DNA of 64,000 bases, taken from the NCBI RefSeq assembly GCF_009914755.1, contig NC_060929.1, one strand, 5' to 3'. Made by a program: the position numbers and the translations under genes. This document shows positions 1 through 16,287 of the stretch, piece by piece (within the stretch, counting starts at the first letter, position 1; each line of letters begins with the position of its first letter). The notes beneath the pieces were generated by a model. That model was not told where the DNA came from. It saw nothing but the letters and a program-made list of their open reading frames with translations, and ran no database searches. The DNA comes from the human T2T-CHM13v2.0 reference genome, Homo sapiens.

Positions 1-150
<150 letters not shown>

Positions 151-720
151 ATTAGGTGATTGCTTATAGTGAAATTTGGATTTGAGGTAATTACCTTCTC
201 GTTATTCTTAGGATCTTTGATAGAGTAAAAACTAGAAAATTATTACAAACCACATTAGGAGGGTATAAATTGATGAGTATATTTGTTCAACTGTGTATGC
301 CATTTTATTGCCGATTTATGAGATTAGACAAAAAATAACATTGCAACATTAAGAAGAAATGAATTTATTAGGATCCTTTTCTTGCTGGGTATTCCAAGAG
401 AGATAATTTTGCTCCAGTCTAATGAGCATTGACTCTTATTTCTAGTTTAATGATTATGGCTTGACTTTTCCCAATGACAACTTAAGTCAGGCAACATAAA
501 CAAAATAATTGTTAAGGTGTCTGTTAAGGAATCGAAATGCAAAAGTCACCACACCTACAACATTAATCCTACCACTTCTTAATCGTAGAGATCCCCCCGC
601 CCCAACGCCCCCCATCCCCCGATATGGGATCATAAAACCCACACATGACGTAAGTGAGTTTACAAACCTTTAGGCTGATTACATTAACATCAGCTGGAAA
701 AATAAGAAGACTTCAGCATC

Positions 721-757
721 GGCCGGGCGCGGTGGCTTATGTCTATAATCCCAGCAC
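721..757 (+). mobile_element. Isolated Alu 5' head fragment (~37 bp)
   Basis: ggccgggcgcggtggcttatgtctataatcccagcac followed directly by non-Alu sequence. Confidence 0.85.
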
Positions 758-1074
758 GGGCTTTCAAGATGGATGGAGCGCTGGTGTAGGCAGCCTTAGC
801 CAGACACTCTGCTCCTTTACATTGAAAACCAATTGGATGCTTAATCTTCAGAATGTTGCCCTCTTCAACCTCTTCCTCTTTATCTCTTCTGTTTTGCTGT
901 GTCTCACTGATTTAACAGATTTTATATTTAGGTATTAGACCTATTATATTTCTTTAATCTGATATATGCAATTTCTAATAATTACTATGCAACATTCAGA
1001 GGTCTTAAATTTCTTTACTTAATTTGCTGGTTATTAGATTTCCTAGGTTTCTTAAAAGATGCAAGTTTAGGTTA

Positions 1075-1464
<390 letters not shown>

Positions 1465-2564
1465 GTATTATATATTAAATAACCCTGTCATCTTTTCAGT
1501 TTATAGAATAGGGTAGAACAAATCCAGAGAGACTTATTTTTTGCTATTGCTTTTACTAATAAAAATCAAATTACAGAACATCCATTAAAAATTTTACTTA
1601 AATAATCTGCTGACCCCATGGTGCATTCCTCCTCCGGTTGGGTGTAAACCTGCTGTGGTAGAATAAAGGTAGATTAGGAAGGTGTTTCAAACCAGGTGTC
1701 CAGACTGTTCAAACCTGGCACCAAGAGTCTTTGGGCTTTTGCCTCCTTCCAGGAAGCAATGTCAACGAGGAGATCAGGCCAAGAAATGAAGATATCCACC
1801 TTCATAAGACATGTTAAGGGTTGAAGATGTTCTCAAACACCGAGACTTAGAGTCAAAATCTTAAACATAACCAAACTAATCAAGTAACCAACAGAAACAA
1901 AAATAATATCAAAAGCCTTCCTTCCTTTGCTTCTTCTGATTCTACCTAAGTTTTTATTCAGTGCCTCCCATAAGGTGGTCTTTCAATGTCACCTGTTCTG
2001 GTGCTCTATGAGCCCCACACTTCTGGTTCCAACAGCTGGTCTGTCTTTATCTCCTGGGAGCTTAGTTTTTGCCTATGGTAGACACTTATTTTTTTCATAT
2101 TTTAAGAAATGTTCATTTATATCTAAATTACTATGGGACAGACCCTTGTATTTGTTTTTCCCCTACCTCTAAATACCCAGAACCAACTAATCTTTATTTA
2201 ATTTAGGAGCTGAAAAGCTTCTTTGAAAGTCATAAATGCTCTAAGAACTGTTGAATATGGTACATTTCTTCTGAAAATTCAACAAAGCTTGAAATATATA
2301 CCCAGACTTTTCTTTACTAAATAAAACATGAGACATAACAAAAAATTGTATCTGTGTCCAGCCAAGTTGTCTCAGTTTAAAACTTACTTGTATTAATTAA
2401 TAAATTATTGAGAGTTATATTAAATCTGAATAGAAACCTAGTCACATTAGGATCCTTTATGAGAGATGTAACAACAATATGACATAATCCAATAAAACAA
2501 TAAGAACTTCTGCTTATGAATTGTTAACTTAGCCCTGTATTAGATCCTGAAGAGATTTAAGTGA

Positions 2565-2730
2565 TATCCTATACACTGTGCACAATATTTTTAATGTATT
2601 ATCTAAGTGAGACCTCACAACCACCATACGAATTAGAAGGGTGGGACTGAACTGAAAATAAAATGAGTTTACTTGCTCAGTTAGTGAGAAATGTTGAAAC
2701 TAGATCTGTCTTCCTTCAAAGTGTATACAT
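2565..2730 (-). mobile_element. MIR fragment
   Basis: Degenerate MIR core (cctcacaacc...tagatctgtc). Confidence 0.5.
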
Positions 2731-3476
2731 TAAGGGTTACTCAATTCTGCCCTCAATGAATTTTATCTTTTGTTTGAAATATCTTGCAAAGGTAGGAGAT
2801 CAGTAAATGTTTATTTAATAAATAAATGAGATATCTTATGTATAATTGGATTTTTCCCAGGGTTTAAAGACTAGTTACTATAATACTGATCCCTGCCCTA
2901 AAATATCCAGTTCTCACCACCTTAACTCTAAGTCTGAAGGTGAGTTAGAGGATCAAAATGTTAAAGCTCGCCAATTATTTCTTGGTAAGATGCTAATTTG
3001 CTAAGGGTAATACATGTTTGTAAAAAGAAATTACTTTTTTTTTTTTTTTAGCAAATAACCAGAATTTATCAAAGAGGTAGGATTAAAGTTTAAAAATATT
3101 CACTATGGAATTGCTGTATCAAATAACAGTCTCGGTTTTAAGCTAGCTCCAGCTGTATTTTGTGGGAAAGCTTTATAGAAGTTCTATGTCTCAGGCAAGT
3201 AAAATGCTAAGATGTTATAAATCTGGTTCCCCTAAAAATTTGCGAATCAATTATAGAGTATTTCCAGCCTCATCATAAGATAAAGGAATATACATCTAGC
3301 CAGAAATGACGAAATATTGGTCAAATAGAATTTGTACTGAAGGTCATGACAAGTGTAGTATTTCCTAGTATGTTAAAGTCCATGTAGTCCTCTAGAAATT
3401 TTGAGTTACAGGAGACAAATATGGATTAACTTTCCTTGAGATAAACTTAATCATTTAAAAATATTTCCTATGCTTA

Positions 3477-3944
3477 ATGGGGTAGGCAGAATAATGGCCC
3501 CCAAAGATAGCCTAATCCCAAGAACCTGCAAATATGTTACCATGTATGGCGAAAGGGATTTTGCTGATGTGATTAAGTTAAGGATCTTCAGACAGGGAGA
3601 TTAACCTGGATTATCTAGGTAGACAGAATGTAATTACAAGTATCTATGTATTAAAGCCGGAGATAGGAAAGTCGGAGTCAGAGAAGTCTGAGGTGGAAAC
3701 AGAAGTTGGAGTGATGTGGGGCATGAGCCAAAGAAGTCTGAAGTTCCTAGATGCTTGGAAAAGGCAAAGAAATGAATCCTCCCTTAGATATTCCAGAAGG
3801 AACGCCCGCTGCCAACACTTTCATTTTAGCCCGATGACACTTATTTTGGATTTCTGACCTTCAGAACTGTAGGAAAACAAATGTGTATTGTTTCAACCAC
3901 TAATTTGGTGTTAACTTGTTATGTCAGTAATAAAAAAACTAATA
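3477..3944 (+). mobile_element. MLT1C/MLT1D MaLR solo LTR
   Basis: ggtaggcagaataatggcccccaaag...gatgtgattaagttaaggatctt...aaaactaata match MLT1C/D termini and body. Confidence 0.88.
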
Positions 3945-4091
3945 GGCTTCTTACAGGAAAAATTAAGCTGCTACGTTAGTGTGTCTTTAACCAAATCACA
4001 CATCCAATCCCCAAATGTCTCTGCACTCTGTACCCTTTGAGGAGGAGATGGATGAGACTTTATTCACTCTGTGAAGGACAATTTTGACTAG

Positions 4092-4205
4092 AAGGGTGAT
4101 CAGTTCTTTCTGGTTTGACAAAAACTTTCTAGATTTTAGTATTGAAAATCTCAGATACTGAAAACTCCTTTAATTTCAGACAATGCATGATAGTTTTTCA
4201 TCTTA
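4092..4205. mobile_element. MER81-like hAT-Blackjack MITE
   Basis: ~114 bp with decayed agggtga...tcatctta TIRs and a MER81-like interior. Confidence 0.6.
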
Positions 4206-6008
4206 AACTTAATTGAATTTCTAGATGAGTGAAGCTGTGTCCTCACAATTAAAACAGTGAGAGAACCAGCTGATTTGTTGAGGGTCGGTGATGTGCTATA
4301 TAGAAAAATTGCATTTGTCAGATGGACTGTTTATTAAAGCATTCAGAAAAAAAAATGGCGTGGGGTCAAAATTGCTCTTGAAAATTCCTTAGGAAGGTTT
4401 CAGGTCTGAGACAGACATAGCGTCTCTCAGCAAGTCTGACACTGACAGGTTTTCTCCCAGAGCTGTGACAGATTGCTCTTTCTCTGGTTAAGTCCCAGAA
4501 GGAATTAGCTTGTTTTTAGGCACCATGTGGTATAAAAATCACTTAAAACTGGTTTATTGAGTAGTCTCAACTCAGTGGGGGTGTAAACATGAAGCAGCTT
4601 ATTTTTCTACAATCACTGTTTTCAACTGTGCTCTATCAAAATGTCCTTACTGACATTTCTGGCAGATTACATTACTTTTCAGCAACTGGTTATTTGAAGT
4701 CCACTTTAATGTAAAACTTTTATGCCACTCTATTTAAATATTGTTTCTTCATGTAGCCTCAAGCTGGGAACCTGCATACTGCTGGAGGTTAGAGGGTGGA
4801 GAAAGAGGAGGGCATCTTCTGCCTCTGAAATGTTCTCTGCCTTTCTCTCTGGGGGCTCCCTGTTACCAATGTGCTGGTGAAATGAGGCAGGAGATAGAAA
4901 GAGACAAATATCTCCATTCACTTGGCTGCTGTGTAGTTGACTTTGTCGCAGTAGTGACCACTTCTCTGGCTAGGAGGCTTGGCCTCTCATGTGCTCTTGG
5001 AGAGCATTAAGTGTGAATTCATCTGAAGGCCGTGATGAACCTCCCCACTTCCTTCAGCTCCATCAGGATCTACCAATTGTCATCAAGAGTGAGCCTCACA
5101 GCCTTCTTGCCATTTGGGGTCTTTGGCCCAATGGACAGCCAACATGGGCAAGACACTGACTAGATGGCTTCAGCCCCGCTTCCCTAGTGGGGTCCTCTTG
5201 ACTTCTGGGAAATATGCACCTTGAATACCCCAAACAGTGAGACAACAGGCTGCTCCACATTTTGTCTTCCCCTGCCTTGACCTCTTTTTCCAAGTCTCAG
5301 AATTAGCACAGCAAGGTGAATGCTTGAGCAGACAGCAAATTGGAAACCAAGTCATAGCCCTCTGTTCTTAGCTCTCCCAGTCTCTAAAAGTGATTTTCAT
5401 GGAACTGTAATTTCTCTCGATTTGTTGTGGGAAAAGATCATGTAATCACTCTCCAAAAACACTATTTTCCTGGAGACTCTCTTTCCCGTTCCTTCTGCAA
5501 ACCTCTGTTTATAAGGATTGGGGCTTAGCTGGGGAATGGAAGGGAATATGGGAGGATTCACCGTGGCCAGAAAAACTACAGTAACTTTTAGTAAACCTAA
5601 GTAGGGGTTTAGAATGTAGGTAGTGCCTCTTTGTTTTCATCATCGGGAATAAGTCATTAATTATGGTAAGCACATATCATTACTTACTAGGGATCATTCT
5701 CAGCTGGACAGAATGTTCCCTGAACAAAAGTAAGAGAGAGAATACAGATGCATGGCTCACACACGTGCTAAATCAGGGTGCATCCTCATTTGGTGGAATC
5801 GGAGGCAGAACTAGCTACTATTTATACTGACCTTGTTTGTTCATAGGTAGAGCATAGTTAATGTGAGTGTGCATATTTAACTTTAAGTTACATACATGTA
5901 CAACATAAATGGACCATAGTAGAAAAATGGTCTTTGGACAGACTAGAATGGGAGAACCTTGAAAAGCTGTCACAAAACTGTATATTTTTGGGGTTTATTG
6001 AAATGTTT

Positions 6009-6324
<316 letters not shown>

Positions 6325-6369
6325 TTAGTAAGAGGATGGTAACAAATACAAAAATATCTGTAAATTATT

Positions 6370-6910
6370 TTTAAAAACCTACAAGGAATCAACAAGACTA
6401 TGGAATATTCTAGAAGGCAAATAATGTAGTTCTTTTTCTGAAAAATCAAAAAAATGAAATTTGGCAAAAGACAAATTGAAGACAAACTTATAGATTTAAA
6501 GAGAGCTAAGAGATATATTAACCATTTGCAATTTATGGACTTTTCAAAAAAATTCAAATTCAAGCAAACTGTAAAGTTAAATAAATATGTTTATAATTTC
6601 ATTAGAGATACCTAAACCCTGGCATTATGTTATATAATATTTAGAAATTATTTTGTTAATTTTTTCAAAGGTGGGACAATAGAATTGTTTGTATCTTCAA
6701 AATGAGTGTCCATTTTTAAGAAAAAGACTGAAAATGTTTGCAGACAGAATCATAAAATTTCTTGCATCTGCTTGAAAACACTTAGGGTAGGGGAAGGTTG
6801 GGGACATAGAAGAAAAAGAATTACCATGAGTTGTTTTGGATAGGTGCTTGGGAGTTTTTTATACTATTCCTATTTTTGTGACTGTTCAAACTTTTCTGTG
6901 ATAAAAAGTT
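6370..6910 (+). mobile_element. Old L1 3' end (L1MC4/L1ME4-class)
   Basis: gatttaaagagagctaagagatatattaaccatttgcaat... and terminal tatactattc...ataaaaagtt resemble ancient L1 3' UTRs. Confidence 0.6.
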
Positions 6911-7760
6911 ATAAGTACATTTATGAGTACATTTTTATCATGAAAATGTTAATTTCTAAGGATACCCCCCCACCATGTAATCTTCGTAAGTGTTGTGAGT
7001 TTCCCACTGTTATATGACTGCTAATTCTGGACTTTTTGACATGTAGTTTTGAGGTGGTTTTGATTGATCCCGAAAGAAAATCAATACTTCTTTATACCTA
7101 GAATAAACAATCTGGATACAGAGGATATTGAATAGACATTCATCTGGACCATTTTCTTTCTTTTCTACCAAATTGATAGAAACATATACAGTATTCAGAT
7201 CTTTAGATGTGTAGATCACTAGGTAAGCATTGATATATACTGGAATATCATGCAAACCAGAACAATTTATGTGAGAAATGTCTACATCATTCCAAGACTC
7301 TTGGAGACTAAAGACAATCATTTTGTTTCTATAAAATGAAGGATGAAATTAGAGATTACACATGAATTCAGAAGCCCAGACTTCCCATCTTCTAAAATCC
7401 ATCACATTCTTCATCAAACCAGAGTCTATATTATATTGTGAAGCTTCAGTTCAATGTACTAAAGTGAGAATATTAAATTTAGTCTAGATTAAGCGGGTCT
7501 AAAAAGATAGCTTTTTTGATTTTCTGAAATATCACTTTTTAATAATGATAAATATTTCTAGCTTAATTAATCATCGTGCTAATTTATTCTAGCCTAATCC
7601 TGTATTTTTACTGATATTAAAGATGAGCATGTCAGAAGGATTTAAATAGTATCCATTTGGAATCACGCTTAAAAACATGCAAAATGATTTTAAACTCATT
7701 TTTCTCCACACTCCATGGGTCTTAATTTGCTGTTCATAAATCAATATATTTATTGCTAGG

Positions 7761-8615
7761 ATACATATATATATATTCCTATATATATATTGCTATATAT
7801 ATTCCTATATATATTCCTATATATATATTGCTATATATATATTCCTATATATATATTCCTATATATATATTCCTATATATATATTCCTATATATATATTC
7901 CTATATATATATTCCTATATATATATTCCTATATATATATTCCTGTATATACATATTCCTATATATATATTCCTATATATATATTCCTATATATGTATTC
8001 ATATATATTCCTATATATTCACATATATATTCCTATATATATATTCCTATATATATTCCTATATATATTTCTATATATATTCCTATATATATATATTCCT
8101 ATATATATTTCTATATATATTCCTATATATATATATTCCTATATGTATATTCCTATATATATTCCTACATATATATTCCTATATATAGTCCTATATATAT
8201 ATTCCTATATATAGTCCTATATATATATTCCTATATATAGTCCTATATATATAGTCCTATATATATATTCCTATATATATTCCTATATATAGTCCCATAT
8301 ATAGTCCTATATATATTCCCATATATATATTCCCATATATATATTCCCATATATATATTCCCATATATATATTCCCATATATATATTCCCATGTATATAT
8401 TCCTATATATATATTCCCATGTATATATTCCTATATATATATTCCCATGTATATATTCCTATATATATATTCCCATGTATATATTCCTATATATATTCCC
8501 ATATATATATACCTATATATATATTCCTATATATATATTCCTATATATATTTATTCCTATATATATATTCCTATATATATATATTCCTATATATGTATTC
8601 CTATATATATATATA
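7761..8615. repeat. TA-rich VNTR with 12-16 bp units of the TTCC(TA)n type
   Basis: ~855 bp of ctatatatatattc variants; explains the IY-rich ORFs at 7753-8638. Confidence 0.97.
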
Positions 8616-8769
8616 GTCTAGCAAAGACTAGAAAGTAATTTTCAACAAAGTAACTAATAATATAAAATAATTTTGATTTATGTCACCTAAAAATATCATG
8701 TTGTTTATATCTAAGCATAATTTGTTTCTATAAATATTCTAGAATGTTTTTTCTTAAACAATGTCTTTA

Positions 8770-9340
<571 letters not shown>

Positions 9341-9626
9341 CTTTAAAATGTTCTTTCTAATAAGAGCAGAGTTTCAAAATAAATGCCTCATTTATTTCAA
9401 TATATGAATAGAACGTTAGAAGTTTTAAAAAATTAACCACATATAAAATGATGTTTACCCAACAAGAAGAATGTATTATATACATTTATTATGTTCTATA
9501 TACTCTATTGCTTATACACAGGGAAACACCTTAACTGTGGATAGAATTGGTCAGTGTTATTTTTGGGGTCATTTTGTAGAGCAAGTGAGAGAAGAAATAA
9601 AGGAATGAATTAAAATAGGGTAGTAG

Positions 9627-10027
<401 letters not shown>

Positions 10028-10317
10028 TAGAGACAGGCCATAAGCTTGCATAGCAAAATAGTAATGGTAGTTTTCCCGTGGTACTGTGATTAGGGAAATT
10101 TTCACATTCTTCTATTTTTCTGTATTTTTCATACATTTCTACACTGGCCTTGGGTTATCTATCTCTGTATCTGTCTTTCATCTATCTTTCCATTTATCCC
10201 TCCAACTATCTATCATTTTTTTTCTAAACGTTTTTTGCGATGCATGGAGGTATTTTCTACCTGATGAATTTCTGTAGGAGGAGATCCCACCTTCCATTAA
10301 CTAGGTTAAAAACAATT

Positions 10318-10400
10318 ATATATAACATATATGTATATGTATTTACATGTATATATATTTTTACATGTATATATTTATATGTATTTACATATATATTTTT
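10318..10400. repeat. AT-rich low-complexity tract
   Basis: tatatgtatatgtatttacatg-type array. Confidence 0.7.
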
Positions 10401-10489
10401 TTTACAGTTATTTTACATCTAGCCTAGAAAGAAGGCTTCAGACCTAGTCCCATCTCACACCTTGTAAATATTGTTATTAAGAAATACTA

Positions 10490-10830
10490 GGTCTGAGCAT
10501 CTATTCCAGCTTGGGGATGGTAATGATAGTAGCAATATTCAGTTTCTAGGGGTGGCCATGACTCTGGTTCCAGCCCCACGCCTGCTTCCCAGTACTGTCA
10601 GAGGACTGCTAGGGTTCAAACTGATACTGCTTGGGATGTTCTCGCTGGACCGGTGTTGTATATGATTTTTTTTCTGCACAACTTTCCTTATTCTTGCCCA
10701 TGCTTCTCAGCCTGGTTCTTGAATTTTCCTGGCAATGCAGTGAGCCATACAGTGTTCGTTATTTTTTTTTCATAATTTTTTAAACCCAAATTAATAAGAA
10801 TTGATTTCTAATACTCATTGTAAATAACTC
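10490..10830 (+). mobile_element. Ancient LTR remnant (family uncertain)
   Basis: ctcagcctggttcttg...gtgagcc... resembles the 3' portion of old mammalian LTRs. Confidence 0.35.
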
Positions 10831-11984
10831 ATTGATATATCAGAGTGAAGCATAATTTTTATTTTACTTTATTTTATTTGTTTAAAATGACTTGCTCTTG
10901 TGATAATTTGGTATATGGCCAAATATTTTATTTAATATCATCCCAGGTATTTGGTACATTGTGTCCTTCTGTGTAACTTACTGCGTTCTATATACTCTAC
11001 TGCTTATACACAGGGATACACCTTAACTGTAGATAGAATTGACATGGTTTTAATCACAAAATATATCAAAGGTATACATTTCCAAATTCAGTTATTTTTG
11101 TTCATTTTTAATTTTATTATGTCACTAATAAAAAGCCAGGTGATTTTTTAACACAATTTTGTAGAATTAATTAGGACAAATTATAGTTCATTTCAACTAT
11201 CCTAATTAATTTTTACTTGTGCTATAGTGTTAAAATACTTTGTGGGCATTTGGTGTGCACTCTTTGCAAAACGAGGAAGTATAACCTTATCACTAGTTAA
11301 CATATCAAATGTCTAACTAAATTTAGCTGAGATTTGTCCTATTATGTAAGTTCCCACTTATCCAAGTTGACTCCCATTAGCAACTGTGCCATAATGGCTT
11401 GTGGGAAGGCTGAACAGAAAATTGAATTAATGCAAGCCATTTCTCAATCATTTCTCATTCTCATAAAATGATTAAAGCTGATGTAAGAGGGCTCATTAAA
11501 ACGGAAAACATTAAGCTCATTAAAAAGCCATTAAACCACTCACTTCTCTCATTTATTTTATCATAACCTTATTTAGCCATTGTTTAAAAGTCACTGCACC
11601 CCAAATTTCTTTCTTATTATTGGGGAAATGTTATCTGAAACGTATACTCTGGCTATGTGGCCATTTCAAGATCAAACTCATTAGATGTTATTTTTGCTTT
11701 ATTTCTAACTCTTTGAGGTTAGCCTCTGACTACAGAAACTAGAAATCAGCTAACAATAGTCAATTGAAGTGGATTTACCTTTCAATATTTATTTTAGCTA
11801 TATTTAATCTGCACAAAATTTCTTAATATTTTAACTTTGCATTGTTTAAACTTGAAGCTGAATTACTACTTATACAAGCAAAGTGAATGTTCATTAGTCG
11901 TTGTATGATAATAGTGTGATTTTTTTTCTTTTGTTAAATAGCAATAATTTCTATTTTCAAAATAAAATAAAAGATCTACTTTTC

Positions 11985-13062
11985 TGTCAGGGGAACCAGC
12001 CCCCAGTATTTCAACATAGGTTCTTTTCTATTTTCCCTAAGTGTTGGCTTGTCTGAGAAATAAAGAGAAAGAGTACAAAAGAGAAATTTTACAGCTGGGT
12101 CTCCGGGGGTGACATCACATGTCGGCAGGTTCCGTGATGCCCCCAAGCCGCAAAACCGGCAAGTTTTTATTAGCAGTTTTCAAAGGGGAGGGAGTGTACG
12201 AATAGGGTGTGGGTCACAGAGATTACATGCTTCAAGGGCAATAAAATATCACAAGGCAAATTGGGGCAGAGCAAGATCACAAGGCCAAGGTGAAATTAGA
12301 ATTACTAATGAGGTTCCATGTCCTGCTGTGCACGCATTGTCATTGATAAACATGGAAACAGGGTTCAAGAGCAGAGAACCAGTCTGACTAGAATTCGCCA
12401 GTCTGGAATTTCATAATCCTAGCAAGCCTGGGGGCGCTGCAGGAGACCAGGGTGTATTTTATCCCTATGTTCCACTGCATAAGACAGATACTCCCAGAGT
12501 GGCCATTTTAGAGGCCTCCCCTTGGGAATGCATTCTTTTCCCAGGGCTGTTCCTTGCTGAGAAAAAGAATTCAGTGATATTTCTCCTATTCACTTCTGCA
12601 AGAAGAGAAATATGACTCTGTTCTTCCTGACCCCGCAGGTAGTCAGGCCTTATGGTTATCTCCCTTGTTCCCTGAAAATCGCTGTTATCCTGTTCTTTTA
12701 GGATGCCCAGATTTCATATTGTTCAAACACACATGTTTTACAAACAATTTGTACAGATAACACAATCATCCCAGGGTCCTGAAGTGACATACATCCTCAG
12801 TTTTTGAAGATGACGGGATTAAGAGATTAAAGTAAAGACAGGCATAGGAAATTATAAGAGTATTGATTGGGGAAGTGATAAATGTCCATGAAATCTTCAC
12901 AATTTATGTTCAGAGATTGCAGTAAAGACAGGCGTAAGAAATTATAAAAGTATTAATTTGGGGAACTAATAAATGTCCATGTCCATGAAATCTTCACAAT
13001 TTATGTTCTTCTGCGTGGCTTCAGCTGGTCCCTCTGTTCAGGGTCCCTGACTTCCTGCAACA
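11985..13062 (-). mobile_element. MER11 (B/C-type) solo LTR of HERV-K11/HML-8
   Basis: Reverse complement starts tgttgcaggaagtcagggaccc...gaagaacataaattgtgaagatttcatggac; ~1078 bp with the internal ~90-bp tandem duplication (12831-13008). Confidence 0.93.
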
Positions 13063-13289
13063 CTCTTGGAAAAATACATCTTCATGTGAGATTTCAGCTT
13101 GAGCTTTAACTATGATACAATTCAGTTGCTAACAGGTTTTCTGTTTTTCCTTAAAAATATTTCTTTAATATGTTTTCACAAGAATAGACCTAAATAAAAC
13201 TAACTTGATTTTTAAAACAACTCAGTACATACTGGAATTCATATAAAAGAGAAATATATTAAATATATACTTGTATTAGAAAAAAGTTG

Positions 13290-14253
<964 letters not shown>

Positions 14254-14689
14254 GATACCCAAGCTCAAATGCCATTTTTGATACAGTGAAACATTAATCA
14301 TTGTAGTTATTACAGAACCATTTTTATTTGTAGCCAAATCTTTTGGATTTTCATAAAAAATATTTTTGTCCATTTCTTCTTTGATGACTTAACTTATTCT
14401 TTGTATGTTACATATTTTCTATCACAATATTTCTACTGCAGTCTTGACTTATGTGTGAAGAAGAGTTGAAAACCAATGACTTGATTTTTTTCTATATTAA
14501 GTAATAGTCTCATTGGTTGACATTATAACTACATAGAATCCACATTTGATATTTTGTTAGAGTATGTCCCCCCTCTGCCAAATCAGTGAACCAAATGTTG
14601 TGTTGTGGCATAGGCAAAATAATAAGTACAATCTTAATGATCTTAATAACAAAAGAGACAAAAATGATAAATATTACGAGGAACTAACT

Positions 14690-14865
14690 GTGTGATATGC
14701 CACAATTGTAAAGGTAGGTGTTATCATTATCCTTATTTTATTAGGAGTAATGGAGTCATTGAGAAATTAGAAAACTTGTGCAATGTCACCACCTAGTAAG
14801 GATAACTGGGGCTAAAATGTATATCCAACTGTCTCCAAAGCCTGTGTTCTTAACTACTGTGCTAG
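14690..14865 (-). mobile_element. MIR
   Basis: ctccaaagcctgtgttcttaactactgtgcta is the reverse complement of the MIR 5' end; core also present. Confidence 0.75.
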
Positions 14866-16287
14866 ACTTGTTGAGAGAGTCAGTCCTTAAATGTTTTTCT
14901 TCAACATTTTGTTCCATTAGTTCCTCACCCTATTTTAGATAAAAGAGGGGTGAATTGGTCAAATAATATACTGTGGCTCAATAATACCTATATATAACGT
15001 ATGTGTATGTGTACTTATATTTCACTGATACTCTAGTATAATTTTGCTTTGTGAAATAGATACTTCCCCAGATAAAGTCACCATATAGCTAAATGCCATT
15101 AAACACTGCATATATCTCAAAATATCTAAACTCAAAACTATGGGCTGGGAGTTAACTTAGAAAATGCATTAGTCTAGAAAAATACCTGCCAAGTAAACAA
15201 CATGCCGATTTTCCCCACTCAAATGAGTCTAGAGTTGTTGCTAATAAATTTTTGTTCTATATCCTTGAGTAATTTGAGATATCCATTATGTGATTTGACT
15301 TTTACAAATGAAATAACACTAATACTGGTATTTTATTTTACTGATGTTATACTGATACTGTCACTGATGTTAGTAACATTAATGCTGATGTTTCTGTGTA
15401 AAATGTAAGGAGTTTAATTACATGTCTAAATGAATTAAAGTACATTTCTTAATTTGAATGATTAAAAAATGAACTTGCACTTTGAAGAAAAGTTTATGCA
15501 AAGAGGTTGAAAATCATTTGGAAAGTCCTAGAACACCACAAGTGGATCTACTTCAAGGACAATTCAGCATAATTAAACTTAGAATAGATGCATAAAAATC
15601 AGACACCTAATCATTAGTTTCTAAGGATAGATTTTTAGAATCAAGAGACGTGTATACTCCGATTTTTCTGATCAGTGCACTCTCTTTGTATAAATCTACA
15701 TGGAAATTTGAATATAATCAAAAGTTGGTCTGGTGAACATGGTATAACATAGATAAATCAACTAAATGATATTAATGGCTCTCGCTGACTAACATCGCTT
15801 AATGAATCCAACTCTACCTTCCATCCCAATAGATATGCTGGCTCCTATTCAGGTCATCCTCTTCCCAGAACTAGGCTAGACACATTGTCAAAGCTAACTT
15901 CTTTTATGCTCCACTTCTAGGCCCCATTGCTTTCCAACCACACACATACAAAGACACACGTTCACACAAAGTGTTAACCTCTATTTGAGTGTGTTCATAA
16001 TTTCAAATTAATTAATCTAAACCCTTCTGGAAGGCATTCATTCTCTTCAAAGTTTCAATGCATAATTCTTCTTTGCCACTGCATATTAGTATTATAGTTA
16101 AATTAATATTACATATATCCAACATTTATTAACATTTATCCTAATGCATCTTACAAGCAGTGAAACAAGAATTCAAACTTACTGTTTCTGATGACCAAAA
16201 GTAATTACTTAACAATTTTACTGTACTACATCTCCATTTATTTTATACCCTTAAAAAAAGTCATTTATACCCTCAAGTAGATTTTCT

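Noticed and set aside
4730-5355. Overlapping short ORFs in GC-richer unique sequence
   Set aside because: No recognisable domain or consistent exon structure; could be regulatory, but no specific support.
7761-8615. CRISPR-like or spacer-containing array
   Set aside because: No unique spacers; eukaryotic simple tandem repeat.
7753-8638. Long Ile/Tyr-rich ORFs (up to 153 aa)
   Set aside because: Translation of the TA-rich VNTR, which lacks stop codons by composition.
12831-13008. ~90-bp tandem duplication
   Set aside because: Standard internal feature of MER11 LTRs.
11979-13068. TSD for the MER11 LTR
   Set aside because: Flanks cttttc and ctcttg match only 4 of 6, so no TSD is claimed.
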